64,000 bases of DNA, from positions 2,496,001-2,560,000 of the forward strand of contig CAXXLX010000001.1 in NCBI GenBank assembly GCA_963665235.2, in the 5' to 3' direction. The notes under the pieces are model-generated. The model saw only the letters and a program-made list of their open reading frames with translations, searched no databases and had not been told where the DNA came from. The position numbers were made by a program, and so were the translations under genes. This document shows, in pieces, positions 1 through 10,331 of the stretch (position 1 is its first letter; each line of letters begins with the position of its first letter). Source of the stretch: Candidatus Poribacteria bacterium (GTDB lineage: Bacteria > Poribacteria > WGA-4E > WGA-3G).

Positions 1-1273
1 GCAGGTAAGCAAAAAGGAGGTGTTGTCCGATGAATTCTTGTGGGGTTTCAGGGACCTGTAAGATCTTGAAACCAACGCGGGCAATAAAGTCGCGGAAGTT
101 ATCCAGGAGCCGTTCCATCTGAATCTGTCCAATAGACATGAGATAATGAGATACATCTGTATCGTCAGGAAAGTAGTCGCGCTCCAACCCGTTGACTACC
201 GGTTTGAAGGTTTGTAGAATGCAATACAGGTAAATTGGATTGGCAATCTTACACATCCGGTCAGTGCCTCTTGTAAGGACACCGTACGTTGCAAGTTCAT
301 TAATAAGTTCATTGCGTAGGTTGAAAAGCACCCCTTCATCGTCCAACATGATTCGCATCAGAAGATTTTCAAAGCGGGAGTTTCGGCGGATGTTGGTGGT
401 CAAATGTGTTAGGTTAGTGTTGTTTTCGTCCACAAGCTGGACATGTGCTGCTGAGAAGTGTGCCAACGTAATCGTTTCAGTTTTCGGAATGTCCAATTCC
501 TCGGTAAGTATCTGCGCGAATCGGTTGACAAGAAACGGCTGTCCATCAGTCTGTTTATGGATAAATTCGATAACTTCCGGGGCGAAAGCCTGTCCGACCT
601 CAGAGGTATATTGTCCAAATAACTCCTGCACTTGAGCGAGCGTAAAATTGGACAAAGCAAAATCATCATGGATATTGAACGGAGAAACAGAATGATCATA
701 GTTGAGTTGCGCGATGCTCTTGACCCCAACAATGCCAAGGCTGTAAGGACACCGAGGGACAGTTCGAGAAATGTAGATGCGGCGGAGTGCATACAAGAAA
801 TCATCCACGATTGCCGGAGGAATACCATCAAACTCATCAATAAGGATAACAACCTTCCGATTTTCTAACACTCTCGCCAATGTCCCGAAACCTCTGAGCA
901 TTGATATATTGTCGGTTAGGGTTGTGTTCTCTAAAAAGTCTCTTAGTGCCTCGGAGGGCACTTCTCCACGTTTATGGTAAAGTTGCTCGATTTCCTCGCG
1001 AATATCTTCGGTAAGATTGCTATAAAAATCCGGCAATGTAAGGTTTTTATATGCCTCAAAATCTAAGTGGATAGGGATATAAATCGGATCCTCAGCGGCA
1101 AGGATGTCCATGGCAGCGTAGAAAAAAGTCGTCTTACCTGTCTGCCGCGGCGCGAAGATGACGATGTAACGGCCCTCTTTGACGCGCATAATGAACTCGG
1201 CAAGTTCTTCAGTGCGAGCGACGACGTAGTGCTGTTCAGAGTTCACAGGTCCCTGTGTGCCAAACCTTCTCAT
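1..1273 (-). CDS. AAA-like P-loop ATPase, runs off the left edge of the window
   Basis: Not in the ORF track. Manual translation from ATG at 1273: MRRFGTQGPVNSEQHYVVARTEELAEF...FAPRQTGKTT (Walker A)...VVILIDEFDG (Walker B)...SPFNI. The start overlaps the PIN stop (ATGA). Confidence 0.85.
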   Translation of the reverse strand, partial: MRRFGTQGPVNSEQHYVVARTEELAEFIMRVKEGRYIVIFAPRQTGKTTFFYAAMDILAAEDPIYIPIHLDFEAYKNLTLPDFYSNLTEDIREEIEQLYHKRGEVPSEALRDFLENTTLTDNISMLRGFGTLARVLENRKVVILIDEFDGIPPAIVDDFLYALRRIYISRTVPRCPYSLGIVGVKSIAQLNYDHSVSPFNIHDDFALSNFTLAQVQELFGQYTSEVGQAFAPEVIEFIHKQTDGQPFLVNRFAQILTEELDIPKTETITLAHFSAAHVQLVDENNTNLTHLTTNIRRNSRFENLLMRIMLDDEGVLFNLRNELINELATYGVLTRGTDRMCKIANPIYLYCILQTFKPVVNGLERDYFPDDTDVSHYLMSIGQIQMERLLDNFRDFIARVGFKILQVPETPQEFIGQHLLFAYL

Positions 1274-1659
1274 GTCTGTTTTGCCTCATCTGTTGTGAGG
1301 AAAATGTCTGCGTTGCCACTTTCAGCACAAGCGAGGTGTAGGGCATCTAATCGCTCAAAACCAAATGCTTCAAGTTGTTCACTTCGCGCTATTTCTGCCT
1401 CACCAACCCAGATAATTCGATGTGCTAAAGATAACAACGTTTTGACCTTAGCGCGTTTGATAGGTTCCGTGATTCGGTCTATTTCATCAGCGTTGACACT
1501 GCTGGCAAGCCATTCCCAATAACCTATATCGAAATACTCAAGAATTATTTCAACAGCTTCGGCTTCACGGCGAACCCGAGTTTGTGTTTGGACATCAAAA
1601 GGGCGATTAAAACAACATGTATCGAAATAGATTTTCCTATTTTGTTGATAACTTTGCAC
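1270..1659 (-). CDS. PIN-domain (VapC-like) ribonuclease, possibly C-terminally truncated
   Basis: IYFDTCCFNRPFD...DALHLACA...FLTTD motifs; the ORF ends five residues after LTTD. Confidence 0.8.
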   Translation of the reverse strand: MQSYQQNRKIYFDTCCFNRPFDVQTQTRVRREAEAVEIILEYFDIGYWEWLASSVNADEIDRITEPIKRAKVKTLLSLAHRIIWVGEAEIARSEQLEAFGFERLDALHLACAESGNADIFLTTDEAKQT

Positions 1660-1809
1660 ACGCTAATCTCTTAGTTTTTTGGAAATTCCTTTTCTATCAT
1701 ACCTGAGTTAAGGATACCATAAGGTTTATTGTGGTGTCAAGTCTTTTCAAAAAAGACAGTGGGAGAATTACAAGTCTCCCACATACCAACAAAAACACAA
1801 AGAGAATGT

Positions 1810-2619
1810 TTAGAGCCCTTGCAGGAGGGAAACCCATCGCTCCCACGCAGCTTTGGTAGCAGCTTTCTGTGCTTCGTTTGCGGACTCCGCCATACCGCGT
1901 CTCAAAAACGCATGACCAACCCCTTCATAGATAACAGGTTCATAAGTGACCTTTGCAGCATCCGCAGCAGCTTTGGTAGCATCGATTGTCGCATTGATGC
2001 GGTTATCGCTCTCCCCATAAAACCCGTAAACAGGGGCAGAAATTTTGGGTATATCCTCTACAGGCGGGGCAGAACCGTAAAATACGAAAGCACCCGCTAT
2101 CTCATCAGAATGAACAGCATAACTAAATGTCTGTCTGCCACCCCAGCAGAAACCTGAAACTGCCACCTTTCTATTCGTTGCGGGGAGGTCACTGACATAT
2201 TTCCGCACGGCATCCAGTGCTGTCATGACGCGTTCAGGTGATAATCCCCGGATAGCGCGGCGCACTGCATCACCGGAATCAAAACTCTCTGTTCCGCCAC
2301 CGTCGGGTCCCATGCCAGACAGGAGGTCCGGACAAATCGCAACAAAACCTTCAGCAGCAAGTCTGTCAGCGACGAGCCGCACCCAATCGGTTAGTCCAAA
2401 AATTTCGTGAATAACAATAATCGAAGTCGCCGGCTCCTTCACCTCCGGGTACACAATAAAGGCACTAACAGCATCCCCATCCGGAACAGAAATTTTAACC
2501 CATTCTCCATGGCGTGGCGATTTTTCAAGTTCATCTTTTATATTGTCAGCGGCCACATTGCCTACTAGCAAAAGACTCATAGCAAAAATGCTTAGCAGCG
2601 AGATATTGAATACTTTCAT
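1810..2619 (-). CDS. Dienelactone hydrolase family protein with signal peptide
   Basis: IHEIFGL, GFCWGG nucleophile elbow, GHAF. Confidence 0.9.
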   Translation of the reverse strand: MKVFNISLLSIFAMSLLLVGNVAADNIKDELEKSPRHGEWVKISVPDGDAVSAFIVYPEVKEPATSIIVIHEIFGLTDWVRLVADRLAAEGFVAICPDLLSGMGPDGGGTESFDSGDAVRRAIRGLSPERVMTALDAVRKYVSDLPATNRKVAVSGFCWGGRQTFSYAVHSDEIAGAFVFYGSAPPVEDIPKISAPVYGFYGESDNRINATIDATKAAADAAKVTYEPVIYEGVGHAFLRRGMAESANEAQKAATKAAWERWVSLLQGL

Positions 2620-2640
2620 GGTATGCTCCTTAGGTTGGAA

Positions 2641-3699
2641 TTACTTCTTCCCAGCTTTGTGAATGATGGAGTGCACCACCTTCTCCATTTCAGCAGGGGG
2701 CATCGCACCGAATAGATGAAAATGGACACCCGCGCTCGACCAGATGAACGCATGCGTTGAACCACGTTGGTGTTTATGCACATCTGTCCCGTTAAGTTTA
2801 ACAACACTCCCCCCACGACGCGTTGGTTTGCCAGTCGTTTCAAATATGTAAAGATCTAAGAGGCCATCTGTGTAAATTAGATTAGCTGCTGTTCGTTCCC
2901 TATCTTTGATGATACGAACATCCTGGAGTTGGAATCCTGGGGGCAGATAGTCGGGTTGGATGAGTTTGGTTTTGAGAATCTCTTCGGCTTTTTCCAGTGA
3001 AACAGATTGACTTCGCCGGGGTTCCGGTTTAATCTCCTCTTGAAAAGTTTGCCATTTGGTCTCCACGTTTTTGGGATTGAGGTTAATTCGGGTATAGACG
3101 AACATTTTTCGGAGTACGCCTTCCGCGTCAAAATCTTCCACCCGCATGATAACCCCGTTTTGCCGAGCGAAGTAGATATGTTTCGTAGGTCTGCCAGGAA
3201 ATTTGGGCTTAATTATGAGGAGGTCAGTTTCATAGCCCGCGATTTTTTCACCCCAAGGGCGTACCTCTAGGTCATAGTTTTTGGCAATCAGCTGAATTTC
3301 TTTTGTGGAAAATTGATTTCTGTGGCGATGCCATCTAAATTCTCTATTTCTGCGGCGGCCGTCTCTCTGCTCTTTTTCGCGCTCGTTGTTCTGAACAGAT
3401 GCCTTGCGCTCCCCGACAACGGATAAAACCTTCCGATAGGAATACTCCGCGCTTTTCCGAATGACAATCTCCTCCATCGTGCGTGCACCACGAGATGTAC
3501 TGGATGTCTTGAGGCGAACCCCAACGTAGCTGATATTCTGCTCCGCCTCCGCTATACGGTCAAGTGCACCAACATCAGCAAAGAGCCAATTCAATGTCGA
3601 GGAGGTTTTTTGAACATCCGGCGAAAAATATGGAGAACTAAATAACAAAAAAGCAATTAGGACTGAGAAGCAAAATAGTCTTAACAATTTCATTGACAT
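2641..3699 (-). CDS. MucB/RseB-like periplasmic sigma-E regulator
   Basis: N-terminal hydrophobic segment, EKIAGYETD, PDYLPPGF and LIYTDGL motifs; third gene of the ECF operon. Confidence 0.7.
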   Translation of the reverse strand: MSMKLLRLFCFSVLIAFLLFSSPYFSPDVQKTSSTLNWLFADVGALDRIAEAEQNISYVGVRLKTSSTSRGARTMEEIVIRKSAEYSYRKVLSVVGERKASVQNNEREKEQRDGRRRNREFRWHRHRNQFSTKEIQLIAKNYDLEVRPWGEKIAGYETDLLIIKPKFPGRPTKHIYFARQNGVIMRVEDFDAEGVLRKMFVYTRINLNPKNVETKWQTFQEEIKPEPRRSQSVSLEKAEEILKTKLIQPDYLPPGFQLQDVRIIKDRERTAANLIYTDGLLDLYIFETTGKPTRRGGSVVKLNGTDVHKHQRGSTHAFIWSSAGVHFHLFGAMPPAEMEKVVHSIIHKAGKK

Positions 3700-3736
3700 A
3701 GGTTCACCTATTTTATGACTTCAACCGCCCAAGACA

Positions 3737-4267
3737 TTAGTCTCCTAAGTACAGGTTGAGGAACAGTTCTGTATCGTCTCCGATGTCCTCACCTTGAACT
3801 GGAGGACTGCTAACGGGTGTCACGACGTTTGATTTCAATGGGTTATCCGCGAGTTGTTCCATGTAAACTCCGAAGTAAAAATCGAGGGTTTCATCGGGTT
3901 GAGGGGCCGGTGAAGCATTGAAAAAGTACAAAAACGCGACGATAAGACAGAGCGTTGAAAAGGCAGTTGCACCGACAGTGAACGGACGAAATATCCACCG
4001 TCTGAAACCTGATAGAATTTGTTTCCGCGCAGTTGCCTCCTTTTCCCGAATCAATGCCAAAACAGCATTCTTCATAGGGGGCGCAGGATGTACAAGTCCA
4101 GCGATTCTCTGGCGGTTCTGCTTAAAATCGGACAGCATATCGGCACACCCCTGGCACTCCCGAAGGTGAGCGTCCACCTTCTGCCGCATTGCCGGGGACA
4201 ATTCATCATCCAGATATGCCGATAACTGTTTCTCAATACGTTGATGTTTCATATTTCTAAACCACAT
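3737..4267 (-). CDS. Zinc-finger anti-sigma factor with TM helix (true start may be 4252)
   Basis: LSAYLDDEL...HLRECQGC (HxxxCxxC) followed by a TM segment. Confidence 0.88.
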   Translation of the reverse strand: MWFRNMKHQRIEKQLSAYLDDELSPAMRQKVDAHLRECQGCADMLSDFKQNRQRIAGLVHPAPPMKNAVLALIREKEATARKQILSGFRRWIFRPFTVGATAFSTLCLIVAFLYFFNASPAPQPDETLDFYFGVYMEQLADNPLKSNVVTPVSSPPVQGEDIGDDTELFLNLYLGD

Positions 4268-4288
4268 TTCATAAAAAATTGGAAAACT

Positions 4289-4906
4289 TTACCAATTGAC
4301 CCGTTTGAGTTCTTCTCTCAACGCTTTTCGGGCTTCATGTAACCGAGATTTGACGCGCCCGAGCGTGCAACCGAGGACTTCCGAAATTTCCGCGTAAGAG
4401 AGCTCCTGTAGCTCCCGTAGGATTAAGATAGTTCTATAGCTCTCCTTGAGTTTCGCAAGGGCTGCATGGACGATTTCTCTGCGCTCAGCACGTAATAGCT
4501 CCTGTTCGGGGGTTACCGTGTAAACTGGCACCCAAGGTTGCGAATCGTCAATCTCCATAGGTTCCGTTTTTCTGCGTTTGCGTTGGTCAATAAGATTGAG
4601 GCATTTATTTTTCGTGATTTGGTAAAGCCAAGTAGAAAATCGGGAGCGGAACTTAAATTGACCGATATTCTCCCAAACAGAGAGAAATACGTCTTGTGCA
4701 ATATCTTCGGCATCTTCGCGATGGCCGAGAAATCCGTAAGCGATGTTGTAAACCCAATGTTGGTACTGAACGACTAACGTTCCCATCGCCGCGGTGTCCC
4801 GCTGCTGGCAGCGCAAAACAAGTTCGCGCTCCTGCTGACTGTCGAAATCTTCTACCTGAGCAATATCCGAATAGGTTTCCATATTAGCAGTAAGGGTAAC
4901 AGACAT
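4289..4906 (-). CDS. ECF RNA polymerase sigma factor (RpoE/SigW-like)
   Basis: DAEDIAQDVF, FSTWLYQI, LSYAEISEVLGCTLGRVKSRLHEAR. Confidence 0.93.
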   Translation of the reverse strand: MSVTLTANMETYSDIAQVEDFDSQQERELVLRCQQRDTAAMGTLVVQYQHWVYNIAYGFLGHREDAEDIAQDVFLSVWENIGQFKFRSRFSTWLYQITKNKCLNLIDQRKRRKTEPMEIDDSQPWVPVYTVTPEQELLRAERREIVHAALAKLKESYRTILILRELQELSYAEISEVLGCTLGRVKSRLHEARKALREELKRVNW

Positions 4907-5010
4907 TTTTTCCTCCTGAGGTCCTGTGCATTTCGCTAGAAGGCATCCCTATCAGATGCTATGTATGAGATAGATACCAGAAATTTTGTTTTGTTTCGTT
5001 TTCAATTCTA

Positions 5011-5037
5011 TTAGACAGGAAACGAACAAAAAAGTTC
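5011..5037 (-). promoter_or_regulatory. Putative autoregulatory sigma-E-type promoter
   Basis: Minus strand GAACTT-N16-TCTAA, about 105 bp upstream of the ECF sigma start. Confidence 0.65.
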
Positions 5038-5069
5038 ATTTTTTTCTGGAGATGTCTGTTAATTAATTT

Positions 5070-7544
5070 TCAATCCTTATTTAACCTGTTTTGCGTACCA
5101 GGGGTCATCTGCACACGTTGAAAATTACCGGTTGCATCCGGCCAGCGACCGATAGCACTATCTTTTTCCTGTTTTTCAAACGTAATCGCATCTAATACCT
5201 GATTGCCGCGAGAATCTACATCTACAAGCATGACCGTTTCACCACGGCTTGAGAGTTTGAAGTTCGCATGGAGCCCCTTTTCTGCTTTTCCATCCTCATC
5301 TAACCACACAATCAGATAACCGTGTGCTGGAATTGTCGTGTCTTTCGGAAATGCCCATTTTTTGGGGTTGTCCATTTTATCCGTAAGATACATTCCGTTG
5401 AGCAGCACCGGCTTATCTGTCCTGTTATGCAACTCAAGCCAATCCTCGTATTGCCCTTGTGGGTCAGCAATACTCTCGGTATTGACCGCCATAAGTTCGT
5501 TGATAACAACCGCCGTCGCTTCTGCTTGCGGCAGTGTGACTCGGTAATGAGCTGCCCCAAACGCTGCCCGTGCCGGCCAAAACGTTGTCGTACCGTGTGT
5601 CTTCACAGCACTTGCCTCGACATAGTAGTAAACGGTCGTCCCCGCTGGAAACGTTGGAACCTTACCGATAAATCCATCCCCATCTTTTGTCATCATCGCG
5701 TGTTTAAAAGCAGCGTGCCGGTCGGTCCCATAATACAACAGAAGTGCATCCGCGTCAACAGCTTTTTTCAACGTTACCTTAATGGCAACAGGTTGATTCG
5801 CCATCGGATTTTTGGGGGTAGAGACAGTGTCAATTGTCGGGGTCGGTTTGTTCAGTTCAGGATAAGTGCTTAGGTTTTCGCGTCTTTGGTCCACAAAATC
5901 CTTGAAACTCGGTGTCCTGCGTCCGCTGCTACTGCCGCTGCCACTTGCACTCGCCTGAAAGTCTTGATAGCTATAAAGTTTTTTACTGTCCCGCTTCACT
6001 TCAGCATCGATGTGTGCTTGGTAGTCGTTGATGATAGGCTTTAACACATCCCACCTAAGCCATTCATCCATGACGGTGCGGACATGTGCAAGATAGCGTG
6101 CTCTCCATTTCGGAATTCCGAGCAGGCGGCTAATGACCGGGCGCATTTCATTTTCGGTATGTGTCAGTGGCGACACCATGCCTGAGGTTAACTCCCCCCA
6201 CGACCAGCCACCGGGACCACCACCGCCAGGACCGCCACGACCCGCACGGCCAAATCTGAAAGTTTCGTTGTTATCGTGTGATATAAGGTGGAATCTGCGG
6301 TTGACATCTTGATAAATGGAAAAATCTCCCCCCTTGTGAATATAACTATCGTCATCCATGAAGACGTTTGAAACAGCAAGCTGCCACAAGGCACGGTCAA
6401 CGTTGAATACTGCTGGAAGCTTTTCCTCTAATTCCGAATCAGGGGTTGAACTGTCAAGCAGCTTGCACAGGGCAATGAGGTCTGCCCAAGGGTTCTCGAC
6501 ATTGCTCGTTTTGAGTTGGTAGGTGCGTTGATACGCCGCTACATCCTCCCCTGAATAGGTTAGCGCACCGCCTCTAGGACCGATTTTCCAACGAACACCA
6601 TCCCTTGTACCGAACCGCTCCGCCAGAAAATCTTTGTTATATTGCTGGAGGTTGATATAAACCCCCCAGTCTTCACCATTAATTACCACTTTAACAAAAT
6701 TGGTTTTCATGGCGGGAATATAGCTACGGGCAATCTGATTGTAGAGCACTTCCCGCAGGAAAGAGGCATCAACATGCCCATTGAGCAGGTTGAGCGTTTT
6801 ATAACCGTAAAGACGTTGACTGTCATCACCGTAGTCAATAGCGATATTAAACGACTTTTTCTCGGATTGTACAGTGAAATAGGAGGAGGTCCCCCGAAAT
6901 CGGACACCTATATCCGAATAAACTTTGCCATCAACAACTAATTCGGCGGGTACTTCAACATCTGTGCGATAGAAGGCGTTCAATTGGGCATACCAATCCT
7001 CATCGTGGAAACGGAGGTATAGAGTACGGAGCGTACCCGCGTCATATAGGTCAGGGGAATCAGCTGGGGCAGCAGCAAGACTCAACTTCACATCGTCCTG
7101 AATGTTCCCCGTCGGTGTACCTGCACGTAGGTCAGGTGAATAGGCATCCCCGCGGGCTGCAATTACCGCTTTCCGCTCGTCCCCTGTTAATTTTCCATCC
7201 TTATTCGTATCAAACTGTGCAACTAATTTTTCTGGCGGTCGAGGGCCACCTCTGCGCCTGCCAGCCCCCGGCGGATCTCCGCGAACGTCTCTGTTTCCAA
7301 CGCGACCCCCATGGGCCCTCTCAATCTCTTCTCGAGTCAGCTGTGTGCCTGTAAATGCCTCTAAACCTACGACGTGAAGCATGAGCTCATTCTCTTCCAA
7401 ACTCAATACGCCATTTCCATCAAGATCGAACCGCTTCTGCTCTTCTGAAAGTTTTGGCGATGTGTCATCCTCTTGAGCGTTTATATATGTTACGGAACTG
7501 ATGATTATCAACGCAATGAGTGCTATTCGTTTTATATATGTCAT
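5070..7544 (-). CDS. Secreted CotH kinase family protein with EF-hand-like motifs and a C-terminal lamin-tail domain
   Basis: Signal peptide; DLDGNGVL and FDTNKDGKL; GVRFRGTSS, KKSFNI, HDNNETF; VVINELMA...DWLELHN. Confidence 0.88.
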   Translation of the reverse strand: MTYIKRIALIALIIISSVTYINAQEDDTSPKLSEEQKRFDLDGNGVLSLEENELMLHVVGLEAFTGTQLTREEIERAHGGRVGNRDVRGDPPGAGRRRGGPRPPEKLVAQFDTNKDGKLTGDERKAVIAARGDAYSPDLRAGTPTGNIQDDVKLSLAAAPADSPDLYDAGTLRTLYLRFHDEDWYAQLNAFYRTDVEVPAELVVDGKVYSDIGVRFRGTSSYFTVQSEKKSFNIAIDYGDDSQRLYGYKTLNLLNGHVDASFLREVLYNQIARSYIPAMKTNFVKVVINGEDWGVYINLQQYNKDFLAERFGTRDGVRWKIGPRGGALTYSGEDVAAYQRTYQLKTSNVENPWADLIALCKLLDSSTPDSELEEKLPAVFNVDRALWQLAVSNVFMDDDSYIHKGGDFSIYQDVNRRFHLISHDNNETFRFGRAGRGGPGGGGPGGWSWGELTSGMVSPLTHTENEMRPVISRLLGIPKWRARYLAHVRTVMDEWLRWDVLKPIINDYQAHIDAEVKRDSKKLYSYQDFQASASGSGSSSGRRTPSFKDFVDQRRENLSTYPELNKPTPTIDTVSTPKNPMANQPVAIKVTLKKAVDADALLLYYGTDRHAAFKHAMMTKDGDGFIGKVPTFPAGTTVYYYVEASAVKTHGTTTFWPARAAFGAAHYRVTLPQAEATAVVINELMAVNTESIADPQGQYEDWLELHNRTDKPVLLNGMYLTDKMDNPKKWAFPKDTTIPAHGYLIVWLDEDGKAEKGLHANFKLSSRGETVMLVDVDSRGNQVLDAITFEKQEKDSAIGRWPDATGNFQRVQMTPGTQNRLNKD

Positions 7545-7607
7545 CGTTTACTCCTTTGTTCGTATTTTCAGTTTAGACATTTTAAGGCGGAAAGAGGTTC
7601 GCATTTT

Positions 7608-8261
7608 TTACCGCTTATCCAATTTTACTTCAGTGATATTTGCGTTGTTCGAGAGTTCATTAAAGAATGAAAGCCACTCGTCAGGCTTTGCTAACTTCAC
7701 ACGGAATTGCACCTCAAGCACCCCCGATTTTTTTATTCGTTTGTCCAATAGCCGGTCATGAATCAAATATCTCTGGAAAATAGAACGATAAACGGTTTCG
7801 GAGGGTCGGTCAGTAGGGAGGCACAGTTCGAGACTAAATTCGTTATCCTTCGCAAAGCGTTGATTCCAATGATACATGCCGAGGATAATGATACCGATGA
7901 GAAAGGTCGCCAAAATTGCAACAGCGGGACTTCCAGCACCGACTGCCATCCCAACCGCCAAAGCGTAAAACACAAAACCGATATCGCGTGGATCTTGGAT
8001 GGCTGTCCGAAAACGAATTATCGACAACGCACCCACAAGACTAAACGCCCTAGCAATGCTATCACCGATAACAACCATCACCACCGAAATTAACATACAC
8101 AGTATGATAAGCGTATCGGTAAACGATTTTTGTGGACCTCTTGTGTGTGTCCACTGATAAATCAGAACAATAAAAACACCTAAAGCAAATGCAAGTATTA
8201 ACCGGAGCGCATTCGCACCAAGCATAACAAGTGAGGGTAACGTTAGAAAGTCTAATGACAA
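7608..8261 (-). CDS. DUF4956 membrane protein
   Basis: AFSLVGALSIIRFRT and AVGMAVGAG motifs; adjacent to CotH as usual. Confidence 0.85.
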   Translation of the reverse strand: MSLDFLTLPSLVMLGANALRLILAFALGVFIVLIYQWTHTRGPQKSFTDTLIILCMLISVVMVVIGDSIARAFSLVGALSIIRFRTAIQDPRDIGFVFYALAVGMAVGAGSPAVAILATFLIGIIILGMYHWNQRFAKDNEFSLELCLPTDRPSETVYRSIFQRYLIHDRLLDKRIKKSGVLEVQFRVKLAKPDEWLSFFNELSNNANITEVKLDKR

Positions 8262-8336
8262 AATATGTATTCCGTTAATTCCAGCAATGGCTATTAGAAA
8301 CCGTTGGCTGACTGCTAATTCTGGTAGATTATGTTA

Positions 8337-8613
8337 TACCATTTCTAATTGAAAATGTCTCTTTCTTGTAGCATAAACTTCCAGTTTGTGCTTTCTTGTA
8401 GCATAAACTTCCAGTTTGTGCTTTCTTGTAGCATAAACTTCCAGTTTGTGCTTTCTTGTAGCATAAACTTCCAGTTTGTGCTTTCTTGTAGCATAAACTT
8501 CCAGTTTGTGCTTTCTTGTAGTCTTGCTTTCTTGTAGCATAAACTTCCGTTTCTTCCGTTCTCCGTTTCATTTCTAACAACCGGTAATGATAGAATAATT
8601 AATAAAAATGGTA
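8337..8613. mobile_element. MITE-like family A, copy 1, with an internal tandem GTAG-REP array (five full 30-bp units plus partials)
   Basis: Ends TACCATTT/AAATGGTA; unit GTAGCATAAACTTCCAGTTTGTGCT is a hairpin; the same flanks recur at 16578 and 34360. Confidence 0.75.
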
Positions 8614-8693
8614 TTACAAAGGTGGCAACTTAGGTTATTATACCAAGATTAGAAAAACTATACAAGAATTTGTGGCAAAATTGCAAAATTGTG

Positions 8694-10250
8694 TCATGCC
8701 TCCTCTTTACGGATGAGCGGTCCAATAAATATGGCGGAAAAAAGCAGAATTAAAAAAGCGTACGGGGCCGCTTCAGCGAACATCGCCTCCTCTGTGTAAT
8801 CATATACATTGAAGGCAAGCGTTTCGTAGCCCGGTGGTACTAAAAGCAGCATGAGCGGTAATTCCTTCATTGTCGCAAGGAAGACAAGTGCCATGGCGAT
8901 CAACATGCTGCGCTTAAGAAGCGGCAAGACGGTCCTGAGAAATGCCTGAATAGGGGAGCATCCGAGTGAACGGGCCGCCTCCTCCAAGTGTGGTGAAGCT
9001 TGATAGAGCGAACTTCGCACCGGCCCAACTGCTTCCGCCAAAAAGTGCAGGACACACGCATAGATTAGCGCAAGTACGGTCTGAGGACTTCCCAAAAAAA
9101 AGATAATTGATAGCGCAAAGGCAAGCGGCGGTATTGCATAAACGATATACGGAATACGCGCTAACATGTTCGAAAAACGGGAGGGATAACGCACACCAAT
9201 ATAGGCAAACGGCACCGCTAAAATCGCACAACATAACGCCGTTGGCACAGCAACCCCTACAGAACCGAGCAGCGATTCCAGAAGACCCTCTAACACCGAT
9301 ACCTCAAAACCTCTAAACATCCAGAGAAACACTGTCGCTGCTGGCACGCCGACACTTGCAAGAAATAGAACGCCCAAAAACAGATAACCCGCACCTTTCC
9401 AAGCCCGTAGTGACGTTAGTGCCCGAGCCCGGGAAGTACCGTGCCCGGCGCGATAAAGGGTTACCTTAGCTAACAAACGGGTTTCAAGGTAGAGAAGACA
9501 TCCTGTGAAGGTGAGAAGCATCAACGCAAGCCAGGAAGCATAGTTATGCTCAAAGGCAACCTTATATTCCGTATAAAGCGCGTAACTAAAGGTCTCATAA
9601 CGCATCAACGAAACAACACCGAAGTCGCCAAGCACATGTAAAACTATGAGCATGCCAGCTGCATAGAACGCGGGCCGAAGCTGTGGAAGTATGACCTGAA
9701 TGAAAACCTGCCACTGCCCACGGCCGAGGCTTCGCGCAGACTCCTCAAGACTGGGGTCAAGGCCCAGGAACGCTGCACGCAAATTGAGAAAAAGGTAGGG
9801 ACTCGTGTAAAAAGAGAGGGCAAGTAATGCCCCCCAATACCCGCTAAGGCGAGGAATGTTTTTCCCAAAAAATGCGGCAAGTATGCCGTTATTGCCGCCG
9901 AGTGCCAGCAACGCGTAGGCCATCACATACCCCGGAATGGCTAACGGTAAAGCGCATAAAACACTAAAAACCCGTTTACCTCGGAGGGTCGAACAGCTTG
10001 TCAACCATGCTGCCGGCGTTGCCAAACAGATAGTGAACACGAGAACACCGACCGCCAGCAGAAATGTGTTCAGGAGAAGCCTTGCATTTCGCCAGCGAAA
10101 TACTACTTCCACTAAGCTGGTGCTCTCTATAGCAAGTGCTTTAGCAATCAGATACCCTAATGGAATCAAGCCGCCGACGCTGACAAGCAGAGCGGGGATG
10201 AAGAAATACCATCGCTGCCCAACGTGAAAGAAGAGGCGTTGTCTATTGAT
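8694..10250 (-). CDS. fbpB: Fe(III) ABC transporter permease (FbpB-like); start extended from 10169 to a possible ATC
   Basis: Two EAA motifs (LEESARSLG, LEEAARSLG); the frame is open upstream to a GGAGG SD. Confidence 0.85.
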   Translation of the reverse strand: MNRQRLFFHVGQRWYFFIPALLVSVGGLIPLGYLIAKALAIESTSLVEVVFRWRNARLLLNTFLLAVGVLVFTICLATPAAWLTSCSTLRGKRVFSVLCALPLAIPGYVMAYALLALGGNNGILAAFFGKNIPRLSGYWGALLALSFYTSPYLFLNLRAAFLGLDPSLEESARSLGRGQWQVFIQVILPQLRPAFYAAGMLIVLHVLGDFGVVSLMRYETFSYALYTEYKVAFEHNYASWLALMLLTFTGCLLYLETRLLAKVTLYRAGHGTSRARALTSLRAWKGAGYLFLGVLFLASVGVPAATVFLWMFRGFEVSVLEGLLESLLGSVGVAVPTALCCAILAVPFAYIGVRYPSRFSNMLARIPYIVYAIPPLAFALSIIFFLGSPQTVLALIYACVLHFLAEAVGPVRSSLYQASPHLEEAARSLGCSPIQAFLRTVLPLLKRSMLIAMALVFLATMKELPLMLLLVPPGYETLAFNVYDYTEEAMFAEAAPYAFLILLFSAIFIGPLIRKEEA

Positions 10251-10331
10251 AATGCACCTCCACGCCGGAGCCTATAGTTTGTCCGCCGTGCTGAACGCAG
10301 AAAAACTCCACAAATGCCAGCCGACAATGCA

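Noticed and set aside
240-1522. Plus-strand ORFs and ORF 409-852
   Set aside because: Shadow frames of the minus-strand ATPase and PIN genes.
8329-8580. Small ORFs with KAQTGSLCYK/RKHKLEVYAT repeats (also 24150-24549)
   Set aside because: Translations of REP arrays with no RBS or protein-like features.
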